In this document: piece after piece, positions 1 through 12,692 of the stretch | Layout of the letters: each line of letters starts with the position of its first letter | Position numbering within the stretch: the stretch's first letter is position 1 | Source: Piromyces finnis finn | Lineage: Eukaryota > Fungi > Neocallimastigomycota | DNA: 64,000 nucleotides | NCBI GenBank assembly: GCA_002104945.1 | Contig: MCFH01000017.1 | Span: 682,001-746,000 of the forward strand | Direction: 5' to 3' | Program-made: the position numbers and the translations under genes | The notes under the pieces: generated by a model | Database searches by the model: none | Seen by the model: only the letters and a program-made list of their open reading frames with translations | Told to the model about the DNA's origin: nothing

Positions 1-1
1 C

Positions 2-544
2 TCACCCTTCATTCTAAGTGAAAAGGATAGACAAAAATTAAAAAAGCGTAATTTATTTAGTTCTCCACAAACCAAAAAATTTGAAGTTGCACAACGTGAA
101 TCGTCCATTGAGCATGAACAACGAAGAAAATCCGAATTTTTAAATAAAATTTTATATGGCGACAAGATCAAAAAAGAAAAGGAAGAAAAGGAAGAAAGAA
201 GTAAACAAAATACGACAAAAGCTGAAAATTATAAGGTACAATGGATTACCATTGATGAAATAAAAAAAAATAAAAGATCAGATGAAACTGGCGGTCATTT
301 ACCATTTGAAATTACACCATTAAAAACAAGTCTTTCTGATCTTGATACACCTCGTCATCCAACTCTACCATTAGATAATAATTTATACAAAACACCCGAA
401 AATCATATTCTTCATTCTCATCCACTACCACCACCACCATCCGAAGAAGAAGAAATTAATGAAAGTTCCACAAAAATTTCTTCCTTGATATCAAAAGTGA
501 CAAGAAGAACATCCAGAAGACTTAGACCATCCCTAATAAATTAA
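2..544 (+). CDS. 3' end of an unidentified protein-coding gene (5' partial)
   Basis: Open frame from nt 2 (SPFILSEKDRQKLKKRNLFSSPQTKK...RRTSRRLRPSLIN) to TAA at 542-544, with higher GC than the flanks. No recognisable domain. Confidence 0.7.
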   Translation, partial: SPFILSEKDRQKLKKRNLFSSPQTKKFEVAQRESSIEHEQRRKSEFLNKILYGDKIKKEKEEKEERSKQNTTKAENYKVQWITIDEIKKNKRSDETGGHLPFEITPLKTSLSDLDTPRHPTLPLDNNLYKTPENHILHSHPLPPPPSEEEEINESSTKISSLISKVTRRTSRRLRPSLIN

Positions 545-1188
545 AATTTTTCTCTAAGGAAAAGAAAAAAAAAAAAAAAATTTAAAGTGTTTTTTTTTTT
601 TTTTTTACTTAATTTTCATTCTTTATCTTTATATATATACACCATTTTTTTTTTTTTTTAAAAAAAAAAAAAATAATAATAATAATAATAATAATAATAA
701 CTTTTGTAATTATTTAATTTTTAATATTAAAAAAAAAAAAAAAAAACAATTCTCATCCTTAACCTCATCATTAAATTATTTTGAATATATAATAAAAATA
801 AAAATAAAAAAAATGCTATCAACTTTTTAATTTTTTTTTTTTTTTTATAAAAATTGTTTTTATTAATTAATTTATTTAAAGAAAAAAAAAATGGAGGGAT
901 ATCCTTAACGTCTATTTTAAAAAGTAGGTAAATCAATGAAAAAAAAAAAAAAAAACGTTTTTTGTTGTATATATTCTTTATTTAAAATTTAGGTAATTAA
1001 AAAATGAAATATTTAAATAATAGATAGAGAGGTATATAATATTATATATATAGTATTATTATTGAGTACAAAAAAAAAAAATATATATATATATATATAT
1101 AAAATATTAAAACCTAATTTATTCTATTCGCAAAATCATTTGTCTGTTGTATATCTTTTTTCTTTCTTTTATTCTGTATGTTTTTTTC

Positions 1189-1220
<32 letters not shown>

Positions 1221-1503
1221 AAATAGATATATAATTTATCTTCTTCTTTTATTACTTTCATAACTAAATATTATAAAAAAAAAAAATGAGTACTTGTCAT
1301 GTTGGGGATTATTAATTTATTAATATTATATCTATTATTTCTAATATATTTACCTTTCACTTTCTCTATTTCTCTTTTCTATATAAAAGAATATAAAATT
1401 AAATATTATTGTGTTTTGTTTTGTTTTTTAAAAAAAAGACATTTCAATAAAGAGATAAATAGAGGTTTATAATGAAATAATAAAATAATCATTAATAAAT
1501 ATA

Positions 1504-3129
1504 TCAACAATGAAATATTAAAATAATCATTAATAGTATTATTAAAATAATTTTTTTTTTAAAAAAAAAGAAAAACTTACGACTATTTGAAATTCTTTGA
1601 CTACTTCTTCTAGTAATAAAACTACTACTAATCAATTTATCAATATGACTTTCTTCATCTTCAATGTTTGTATCTGTATAATTTTCATCGGTGGAATAAA
1701 TATCTTCATAAATACTATCTTCTGGTTCATCATATTCTTCATAATTATTTTTTTTCATATTTTCATATTCTTCATTTTCTTCATCATTATTATCATTTTC
1801 ATCATCATCATCATCTTCTTCTTCTTCTTCTTCTTCTTCATTATCATCAATATTAATATCTTCATCTTCTTCATCTTCTATATTAATTTCTTCTTCTTCG
1901 TCATCCTCATTATCAGGAATGATTTCTTCGTCTTCTTCTAAATTCAAAAAACCTTTAATATTTTCTTCTCCTTCTTCTTCTTGACCATTTTCTCCATCCT
2001 CCATTCCTTCTCTTCTTTCCTCCTCTTTTTCTTCCTTTTTATTATTTTTATTTTTTTGTTTTTCCATATAATTTTGATAATATTCGGTTTTCTTAAGTTT
2101 TTGTTGTTCTACATACTTTTTAAATTGTTCTGGATCGTGTAATATCGAATTGTAATGAGAATGATAGAATCGAGATTGAATGTCATAAGGTCTTACCCAG
2201 GTATTCAATTCTTCATCCAAAATACTCTTTTTAGCATCCGGATGAATAAAATCATTATTAAAAAAGCTACTTTTAATTTTAAAAATGGATTTCAATACCA
2301 AATGACCTTGTTTTCTAAAAAGAAGTTTTGATAATGGAGAATCTGCCGAATAATTTTTAAAATTTAATAAATAAAACGATTCGTTAAGATCTTCAAGGGA
2401 AATGTAAATTTTAGATTTCTTTTTCCTTTTTAGTCGTCTTTTTTCGGTTACAACAATCACTGTTTTTATAACTTCTCTTAGCCAATGGATATATTGTAAA
2501 TAAATATATACAAGGGTATCTTTGTGAATTCCGGCTTCTCTTTTCCGTATAAAAACTTTTGTGGTTAAAGCTAACATAAATTGAATATTAAAAAGATTTA
2601 AAATCATTTGATAATGGTTTAAATCAAACTCGTGTCGTCCATTAAATTTTGTTTGTTCTTCAAGTACAAGTTGCTTTGCCTTTTCTTCTTCTTCTTTAAT
2701 CTCTTCTTCTGTACTTTCACTTATACCATGTTCGTAATAACGGTAAATTTCATTTCTACTATACAAATCATGGGATCGATTATTTTTAATGTATTTATAT
2801 TTTTTGTGAAGTAAACTTATGTACATTCGAATATCAATAAGGGTTTTATTGGGTAAAAGTTTTTTTATTTTATTAACATTCCACTTTCCATATTTTTCTA
2901 TACCTTGAAAAAGTTTTTCTTTTTCTTCCGCTGACCATAATACCTGATAATAATACGATTCTTCCAAATCTTCCAATTCAATAATTTTGGTATCTTTAGC
3001 ATGGTCGTCCATACTACTTACACTGTCATTATCACTACTATCTATTTCACTTTCACTTTCTATTTCATCCTCATCACCACTATAGTTTTGTAACTCTATT
3101 GAATTTCCTGATTCGTCTTCTATATTCAT
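1504..3129 (-). CDS. SANT/Myb-domain protein resembling RNA polymerase I UAF subunit Rrn5 (3' end unresolved)
   Basis: Acidic N-terminus, then a SANT motif (WSAEEKEKLFQGIEKYGKWNVNKIKKLLPNKTLIDIRMYISLL), a helical segment (TLVYIYLQYIHWLREVIKTVIVVTEKR) that could be a histone fold, and a long Asp/Glu tract. A GTAAGT donor at 1580 shows the true last exon(s) lie further left (possible acceptor near 1264). Confidence 0.6.
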   Translation of the reverse strand: MNIEDESGNSIELQNYSGDEDEIESESEIDSSDNDSVSSMDDHAKDTKIIELEDLEESYYYQVLWSAEEKEKLFQGIEKYGKWNVNKIKKLLPNKTLIDIRMYISLLHKKYKYIKNNRSHDLYSRNEIYRYYEHGISESTEEEIKEEEEKAKQLVLEEQTKFNGRHEFDLNHYQMILNLFNIQFMLALTTKVFIRKREAGIHKDTLVYIYLQYIHWLREVIKTVIVVTEKRRLKRKKKSKIYISLEDLNESFYLLNFKNYSADSPLSKLLFRKQGHLVLKSIFKIKSSFFNNDFIHPDAKKSILDEELNTWVRPYDIQSRFYHSHYNSILHDPEQFKKYVEQQKLKKTEYYQNYMEKQKNKNNKKEEKEEERREGMEDGENGQEEEGEENIKGFLNLEEDEEIIPDNEDDEEEEINIEDEEDEDINIDDNEEEEEEEEDDDDDENDNNDEENEEYENMKKNNYEEYDEPEDSIYEDIYSTDENYTDTNIEDEESHIDKLISSSFITRRSSQRISNSRKFFFFFKKKIILIILLMIILIFHC

Positions 3130-5068
3130 GATAACTGTTTTTTTTTTTTAAAAAAAAAAAAAGGTATTTTAAAATTTAAAATTTATTTTTGGTTGGTCTT
3201 TTTTTTTTATTATATTATTACAAATATAAAATAATTTTTAATTACAATTTATATAAAAAACACACGCACTTCTTTTATTATTATTATTATAATGATTTTA
3301 TTTATAAATTGTTTGAAATATGTGGAAATAATTTAATTTATTCTTTTTTTAATAATCATAAAATAATCAAATGGTTGATAATTTTTTTTTTCTCCTTTTT
3401 CAAATATAAATTAATTGGAAATTTGTTTAAGTTTATTTAAAGGTTTGTATAATAATAAAATATTGATATTTGTTGTTAAATGTATCTTTCAGGTAGAATA
3501 CATTTATGGTATATTTAAAAATCAATAAAGAATGATAAAATGGATATATAAAATAAAAGTAAAAATAAAAAAAAAAAAAAAAAGTTTCCAATACGCTTGA
3601 TTTGTTAAAAATGAAAAATTTTAAAAGTTTGATTTTTATGGCGTATTAGTTATAGATTTATCAAATTATAATTAATTTTAAATATTATACTTTTAATAAA
3701 TCCATTATTTTGTGGCTAATGAATAATTAAAAATTTTAAATCAACACTTTAAAACTCTTCTTCTTCACAAACGATAAAGATCATAGCATTCATTAAAACA
3801 ATAAATATTTTATTATTTTTAATGCCTCCTTGAATAGAAAGGTTAGAGATTATAAAAGAAAACATTAAATAAATCATTATAGAAAATAAAAAAAAATGCT
3901 CTATAACAATCATATATTATAATAATGATGTAGTTATAGAATATTTTTATTGGCTTCTTTAATAAGAATAGAAAAACTTTGCTTTTTTTTTTTTTACTAC
4001 TATGAATGAGAATGAAAAACTTTGATAAAAGTTTAATATTATTATTTCATTAATTTTATTAACGTATAGTTATTACAAATATATAAATTCATTCTTATTA
4101 AGAGTTTGGCCATTTTATTTAAAAAATTATTATTTTGTAGGATAGAGGATACAATTCATTTCCATCAAGAAAAGATGTCTATATATATGAAAACTTGTCC
4201 TATAATGAAACGAAAAATAGTAGAATTACTAAATTCTATGCTATATATAAAAGATATATACAGATAAATATAAACTCTGTCATTTATCCATTATGATAAA
4301 TTTCATCATGATTTTTATTACTATTCTTTTTTTTCTTCTTCTTTCTTTCTTTTTTAAAAAAAAACAATTCTCTTATTTAAAACCATATTATCATTCATTA
4401 TAAAAAGTTAAGGCTAATTTTAAAGTTTTTCCTTATAAAAAGGATAATCCACCCACAAAAAAAAAAAAAAAAAAAATATATATAGATGTATATATATTTT
4501 GATATGAGAATCTATTTTTTTTTAGATAATAATTAATTATAAAAAAAATTTATTAAATTTAATAAATTATTAATATTATTAATAATGAAATTATTATTAA
4601 CTGTTTAAATTGTATTTTATTATTTCTCTTCAATAAAAAAAAAAAAGTGGTAATTTTGATTATATTATTAAATAATCATATTAGAATTAACTTTTTATTA
4701 TTATTATTATTATTATATTATATTATATGTTTATACATATTGTATATTGGAAATAAATATAAAATTATTATTATTTTAATAATTACTTTAAAATATTGAC
4801 TAATTTATATATTTTATTATCATTATTATTATTACGAACAAAAAAAAAACAGTAATCTTAACAACAAATTACAACGAACAAGACAAAACATTTATACATA
4901 TATTATTAAATAAATTTCAATTTTATTTTATTATTATTATTATAATAATAAAAAAAAAAAAAGAAGGAAATAAAAAGAAATTCATAATAGGAAATACAAC
5001 GAAGCAATAATATTTAATATACCATTTTATTTTTATTTTTATTTTATATATGTCATATCGTAATACCA

Positions 5069-6872
5069 ATGTCTACTTCAAATATATGGGATAATGTAAA
5101 GGATAAACCTTATCAAGTAAAATTAGGAAACTCTATAAAAAATAAAAATGTTTCATTTCATTCATTTCATTGTAACTATCGAACAAAATTACTATAAATA
5201 TATATTAAATGTCTACATATATATATATATTGAAGAAGAAAATGTATTGTTAAAAGGTTTATGTGTAATTTGTTACCCAGGATTTATTCTAGTTCATCTT
5301 TTTTTTTATTTATTTATCAATATATATAATAATTTCAGTAAATATGTCAATACCTAAAAGTATTACGGAAATAAACAAAATATTATCAAACAATAAAAAA
5401 GCAGTATTAACTTATATAGAATAACAAAAAATTGAAGAAAATTTATTGTTTTACACTAAAAACTGCCTGTTTTTTTTTTTGTTTTTTTTTTTTTTGAAAT
5501 TTAATTATCAACTCAATTTTTTTATTGAAAGTTAAAAAAAAAAAAAAAAAAAAACAAGACGAAATAAAAACAAACCAGACAATACAAAACAATATTAAGA
5601 AAAAATATATGTGTTGAAGAGGAGGAAAAACATAAAAGAAAATAATATGGACATGTCAAAAACAGTTAAAAATAAATTTCAATTTATATATAAATTTTTA
5701 ATAATAAATAACCAAATAGCCGAACCATTCCATAAATTTTCATTTTATAGTTTTAAAATTTATGAAACCAATATTGGAAATGCATAATCAACTATTACAT
5801 GAACATATTATTCATAATATATATATTATATACATAGAATTGGCACATAAAATTAAATTTTACAAGAATTTATTTTTTTACTGAAAAACTAGAGTATAAA
5901 TAGTTATTAATACAGTCATTTATTTTTATTTTATTTCATATTTATATTTAGACAATGTAAAACCTCCTTCAATTGATCATAATAAAAAAGGTGTTTTACA
6001 TGGAAGCCGTGATGAATCATATTTTATAGAATATGCTAGTCAGCAAGTAATTAATAATACATTTATTTCTCCATCTATTGAATTTTCTTTTTTTTTTTTT
6101 TTTTTTTTTTTTTCATTTTTAATAATTATTTCCATATAATGAATAATGGAAACACTACTATAAAACTAATATTCCTTTTTTTTAAATATATATATATATA
6201 AATACTATTTTTACTGAAAAAAAAAAGTCAGAGGAAATACTTCAATTTAATGGCAATCAAAAAGAAACAAATAAAGAATTAATACTATTTTATGACGAAA
6301 CCACAAATGTAACTAGTTTTTTTTTATACAATGAAAAATTAATAAAAAAAAATATTTTTTTTTCTTTATTTATAAATGGTTAATATTTATTAAAACTATA
6401 TGTAATATATATATAAATATTATTTTTTATTACTATTGTCAATATTATTATTATTATTATTGTAATTACAATTACTGTTATCCTTATCATTATCATTATA
6501 AAATTTATTTCATTTTATTTTTTTTTTTTTTTTTTTTGGAAAGACCTTTATCATTGAAAAATTGGATTCTTCATTTCATGTAAGACGTGTAACTAATAAA
6601 TCCAAGTCAAGATTAGCAGAAATAAGTAATAAAGAAGTTGAAACCTTTAATATACCATCTCAATCTACTGGAAAATCAACAACAAAACGTAATGAAAAAA
6701 TAACTAAATCTAAGAACAAGGTAAAAGAAAGTTCACCTGAAATTCAACATCCAATGGTGGATACCTTTGAAGAGGAATCCGTAGAAGAATTTGACCTAGA
6801 ATCAGATACAAATGATGATATGAATGAAAATTATACCACCAAGGAAAATAATAATAATATGAATGAAAACAA

Positions 6873-6918
<46 letters not shown>

Positions 6919-7624
6919 TCAATGGAATATGATGATAATAGAAATCCATTTGCAATATACCAAAGAATGAAAGAAGAAAATGAAAAAGCTAAAAGTGCTG
7001 CTGCAGCAAAAGCTAAAGCAGAAAATAGACAACAGAAAAAACAAGCCCCACCACCACCACAGCAAGAAACCTCTATTGAAGATGAAGAAAATATTGCAAA
7101 AGAATTTGAAGAAGGTTTGGAAGAATTTGATGCTGAAGAGGAAGAAGCTGAAAAAGAAATTGAAGAATTTGATGAATTAGAACAAGAATTAGAAAAAGAA
7201 TTAGAAATTAGTGGTGATGAAGAAGAGACGAAGTTTATTGAGAATGATGAAGATAATGATTCATTAGAAGAAGAAATCATGAATGATACTTTAGAATTAG
7301 ATTCATCTGAAGAAGAAGAAGAAGAAAGTGATGGTAACACCTCACCGGGTAGTAAACGTAAAATGGATCAAGATTTAGGCGCCACAAAAAGAGTAAATAT
7401 ATTATTCATATCATTTACACACATATATATAAACATACATATATACATAAATATATATAAAAGTAAATGTTTATATATTAACTGAATATTGTGTTACTAT
7501 TTATTATGATTATGATTAGGCTAAACCTAATGAACATGAAGGTCCAATCTCTCTAAGTGCTTTTGCTGGTAATTATGAAGAGGATGAAGAAAGTACCGAA
7601 TCATCATCTAGTGATGAAGATTAA
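5069..7624 (+). CDS. EAF: ELL-associated factor (EAF family), 5 exons
   Basis: Exons 5069-5171, 5952-6046, 6228-6308, 6544-7392 and 7520-7624 all have GT-AG boundaries and splice in frame. They give MSTSNIWDNVKDKPYQVKLGNSIK..SFHSFHYNVKPPSID..LQFNGNQKETNKELILFYDETTNTFIIEKLDSSFHVRR, matching the EAF domain pattern (LGxS..FH.I.Y.FKP.SID..F.G......LIFD....F.LE.L), followed by an acidic tail. Confidence 0.8.
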
Positions 7625-7928
7625 TATCTATTAATTACAATTATAATTATAAAAAAAAGTTGAATATATTTTTTAAATATATTTACATATATATATAAAA
7701 ATAAAAAGTAAAAAAAAAGAAGAAAAAAATTTACCTGAAATAAAATAATAAAATTAATACCTATGTATTTTGTTTGTAATTATAACGTTGAACTTTTTTT
7801 TTTTTTTTTTCTATTTATATATATTTTATATATCGATATTTTTTTTTATATCCCCAAGTATAAAATAACAATTCATCAAAGTATAATAAATTTATTAATC
7901 TCTATATTAAAGTTATTATCATTATTCC

Positions 7929-8001
<73 letters not shown>

Positions 8002-8102
8002 TTCATCCCCATCCTTTTTTTTGTGTGTGTTTATTAATAAAATATTTAACCTTTTTTTTTTTTATCCATTATTTATTATCGCCAAAGTAGATGAAACCAT
8101 TG

Positions 8103-8141
<39 letters not shown>

Positions 8142-9009
8142 AAATGTGTTCGAAATTTAAATTTTTTATTATAATAATGATAATAGTAATAGTTATAATA
8201 AAAAGCATGAATAAAACTCTGAAAATTCATAGATATAGACATTTCGTTAAAACAATGATGTTTTGTTTTGTTTACAAATAAGGTATTAAATTATTATTAT
8301 TAATTAATTATTAATTATACTATTTTCTCTCTTCTATAATCATACCTTGATAAAAGTTTAAACAGGCAACTTGATGAAAAATAAAATAAAAACAAAATAA
8401 TATAATAATAATAATAATAAATATAAAAGTTAATGAGAGTGTGTGTGTTTCATGATCATCATGACAAAACACTATGTTATTTTTTTTTTTTTAATATAAT
8501 AATTCTAATACTATTTAGAATGAAAAACAACATTGAATAATTTAAAAAAATATTTTATAAAGATACAAAATGGTATTTTATTTATAATTCATAAAAAAAA
8601 AAAGAGAGAGAGAGAGAGAGATGGTGAGAAAAGTTAATTTATATTTATATATTTATTTTATATATGTTATAATTGCTTTTAAGTGAGAGTTATTTTTTCT
8701 TTTTTTTAAAAAAAAAAAAATTCTGTTTCTATAATTTTGATGTTAATTATATTGTTTATTTTAATTTATACATATTTTTTTTAAAATAAAAAAAAAAAAA
8801 GGCAGTAATTTGTTATTATTAATATATATCAGTTTATATACGATTTGTTTGTTATCTTTTCTTAGGAGTATGCTTTTTTTTTTTTTCTGTTGTTGTTTAT
8901 AAAATATTATATAAATAATAAATAGGATATCTATATAATATATATTATATAATATTGGGTAACTTTTTTTTTTTTTCTGAAATAATTTGTTATACCGGTT
9001 TTTAATAAT

Positions 9010-9732
9010 TTAACCAATGAAACTGATAACAAAAAGGTAAAGAATTACACTACAAACAAAGAAATCTGCGTATGATCTTTAATATATAAAATAAAATATA
9101 TATATATAAATATAAATAGTTTAAAATTATTATGAAAAGTAAATAAAAAAAAAAGTATTAAATATATTTTAAATTTACCTTTCTGGAGTAATTTTTGGAA
9201 TTTCTTTCATATTATTTGGGTTAGATTGAATTCTAAGATTGGCTATTTAAATTGTATATAAAATAAAAATATCAAAAAAAGAAAGAACAACAATAATGAA
9301 AATAAGTGATTATTATTTCTTTTTTTTAATTAATATAAATAATTTTACTTTAATTCATTACTTACCAATTAATACAAAAGAACCAACACAAGAAATGAAA
9401 CCAGCTAAGAAAGTGGCCCATGGTTCCTTACCAATAATGAAACAGTAAACAAATTGTATGACACCCATCATAACAATAAAGGCCATATAAGAATCCATAA
9501 TCTTATATTTTCCTGGGGTGTTTTCTATTTTAACAACATATATAAGAAATAATATAATATTGAATTATTATTTCATACCTTTATTGTCTATCCGTATTTT
9601 TTTTTTTAATTTACATCAATTTTTTCTTTAAAAAAAATAATGATTCTTACCTATATAATTATCCCACAAGATTTGAATATCACTCTTTTCATTCTTTTCT
9701 GTAGTACTACTTGATCCTTTTGTTGAAGACAT
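9010..9732 (-). CDS. OST2: Oligosaccharyltransferase subunit OST2/DAD1, 4 exons
   Basis: Exons 9732-9651, 9524-9366, 9242-9179 and 9076-9010 give ..[86 protein letters not shown], a typical DAD1 sequence. Absent from the ORF track. Confidence 0.93.
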
Positions 9733-11166
9733 CTTTTATAAATAAAATTTCTAAAATAATAATAATATTATTAATAATAGAAAATAAAACATGTCAAAGT
9801 ATTCCATAAATATTAATTTTCAATGATAATATTTAAAATTTCCATTATAAATTAAATAGATATTTATTTTTTACATGAAATAATATAAATAAAAAAAAAT
9901 AATAAATTTAATAATGTTATTTCATTGTTATTTTTGTTGTTGTTTTATCGTTGTTTGTTATAATTATTATTATATTTAGTTTATCAGTATTTGAAAAATA
10001 AAATTATTTCAATATGGTCGGTGTAGTGATTTATAATAAATAAAAATGTTTATATGTAATTATTGTATATAGTATTTGTTATATAGAGTGTTTTTGAATA
10101 GTTTTTTTTTTTTTTAATTGATAATAATAATGAACAATGTAATAAATATAAAAAAAAAAAAAAGTAAAATTAGTAAGTATTACTTTGAAAAAATAGGTTT
10201 ATTTATATTTTATTATTATGACTATAAAATTGCTATGAATTCCAATGCCATTTTACATTAAAAAAAAAAAAGGTTCATTTAAATATTAATTTATTTACCT
10301 TTAAAAAAAGTTCTATTTCTCTCTCTTTCTATCTATATTTATTTTTCTTTTTTTTTTTATTTATTTATTTTCTTATTTATTTTAATCTTTCTTTAATTTT
10401 ACTTTTTCTTTTTAATTTCTTTTCTTTTTTTTTTTTTTTTAATTTTAAACTTCTTAGTGTTAATAAAGAAAAAAAAAAAAAAAGTTTTATTATATTTTTT
10501 ATATATAATATTTAATTAATTATTATTTTTTATGATTAATTAAAAAAATAATAATTAATATTTAAATTATAATATATGAAAATAAATTAAATTACATTTA
10601 TTATAATTAATTATGAATTTAAATAAAAAAATGGATTCTCTATTCTACATCATGTATACATTTTAAATGATTTGTATACATTATTGAGGTGGATGTGACA
10701 TTAAAAAATTTTTAAATTTTCATCTAAAAAAAATACTTCCTTTAAAAAATATATATAAACAACGTATTAAAAAAAAAAAAAAAAAACCTCTATATAATAT
10801 TTATAAAAGGTTATTACTCATTCATTTGAAACAAATCATTATTAAATATAAAAAGTTTTTTTATTTTATTATTCAATTCTTTTTTTTTTTTTTTTTTTAT
10901 AATAAAACTATTATAAAAAAAATTTAATTAAAAAATAATTTTCAAATTTTAATTAAATATTTAATTACTTTAAAAATTTTAAAATGTAAAAAAACAACAT
11001 TTTAAAAAGATTCATTATAAATATTCTTTTTTTTTTTATTTTATTATTATTCAACAATTTTATTCTTATTCTATACCATACCTCTTTTTCATATTTTATA
11101 ATTATATTCTTATTTTTTTAATTTCATTCAAATAAAAATCATTATAGTCAAAAAGAAGGGAAAAAA

Positions 11167-12692
11167 ATGAAAAGTATTCTTCATCAATTAAAATCAATAT
11201 CACAGTTTATCCTTTTATTTTCTTTAATTTTTACTTCAATTCATGGTACCAGAGGATTAATTGCAGAGTTAAATGATAGAAATTTTGATAAAACTGTAAG
11301 TTTTCACTAAACTTGTAGTCATTTCACTTGTAGTATACTTTCATTTTATTTAAAAAAAAAAAAATAATTAAAATATATATATATATACGATAATTCTATA
11401 TTCCTTATTTAGATAAAAGATGATGATAGATGGGTAATTCAATTGTAAGTTAAAGATATATAAAACATTATAAAAAAAAGAGAAACCCAATGTTAATTAC
11501 ATCTTTCATCATCGAAATAATAATATTTATCCTTTTTACTACTACTAATACACTAATACCTTTTAAAGTTATTCAAAGGAATGTAAACTTTGTGAAAAAT
11601 TTAGACCCCATTTAGAAAAATTAGCAGATTTACCTGAAAAGGAATTCGGATTTTTACTTAAATTTGGTGTTGTTGATATTAATGGTAAGGAATAATTAAA
11701 TATAATAGTATATGAATTTATTTAAAATATAAATGAAATGTACAGTATAATATTAACTTTTTTTTTTTCAAAACCTCCAATATAGAAAATCCACACTTGG
11801 TATCAAGATTTTTGGCCACTCGGTGAGCTATTTATTATATATATATATAAACATGTACATATATATACATAAATATTCATATAACATTCTATAATATAAT
11901 GTCATAACTATTAGAGTTCCTCAATATTATGTTATTGATAAAAAAAGAGGTATAATTTATAAATAAAATTAAATAAAAAATATGAAATAATATTAATAAA
12001 AATTACATATATATATTTAATAAAAGTCTATTCTTTTACTGCCGTTCAAACCTATCAATATATGTTTGAATTTTTAAAATACAGACGTTGGAAACTTTTC
12101 CCATTAAGAGAAGGTCTTTCTGATCCATTCTCAAAAATGTAATGAATAAATAATATTCTTTAATATATTTAAGAATAAAAGAATGAATGAAAGAAGTACA
12201 AAAAAAAATTATTTTTAACACAATATTTAATAAATTATTATAGATCTATATTATATGGTTATTTCAATGTTTTAGGTTATTTATTAGAAAAGAATGTATT
12301 TATTTATGTTCCGTAAGTATTTTCTTTATACCTTATATTATTTAATTTTTATTTTTTTCCTTTTTATTAATAATATATAAATATATATTCAATTTAAATA
12401 TCATTATTGTAGACCAAAAATTTTCTATTCTATTACCATTACATTATTCTTTTCATTAATAATATGGTATGTTTATCGTAAGCACCGTGAATTCGAAAAT
12501 TACCTTAATAAATTTGGACAAGATATTGAAGAAAATTATTACAATAAATGTGAGAAATATGGTTATGATCCATTATCCTTAATTGATGAAATGGAAAAAT
12601 TAAAGGAAGAACAAAGAAAGAAGAAAATGGATAAAAAAGAAATTGAAGAATTTAATAGTGTTAAAGGAAGAATTGAAAAGAAGAATGATTAG
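11167..12692 (+). CDS. Thioredoxin-related transmembrane protein (TMX-like), multi-exon
   Basis: Signal peptide (MKSILHQLKSISQFILLFSLIFTSIHG), ELNDRNFDKT, WVIQFYSKECKLCEKFRPHLEKLA, FGVVDINENPHLVSRF, a hydrophobic segment near 12420-12475 and a Lys/Glu-rich tail ending TAG at 12690-12692. Confidence 0.75.

Noticed and set aside
641-672. Poly-T/poly-A juxtapositions forming perfect hairpins (many in the window)
   Set aside because: A generic product of homopolymer slippage in an AT-rich genome, not a locus-specific structure.
727-936. 69-aa minus-strand ORF
   Set aside because: Mostly poly-A/T translation. It might hide small terminal exons of the 1504-3129 gene, but I could not establish a splice path.
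1597-1941. Phe/Ile-rich ORFs antisense to the acidic tract
   Set aside because: Shadow ORFs of GAA/GAT repeats. The same applies to 6710-7340, 31540-32065, 42432-43292 and the ORFs antisense to the copia gene.
3612-3622. TGAAAAATTTT (RRPE-like) upstream of the Rrn5-like gene
   Set aside because: Expected by chance at this AT content, and similar words occur throughout the window.
4141-4297. Exon-like open stretch after a TAG acceptor
   Set aside because: No recognisable homology and no partner exons.
7763-8281. 172-aa poly-Leu ORF
   Set aside because: Translation of a (TTA)n microsatellite in the 3' flank.
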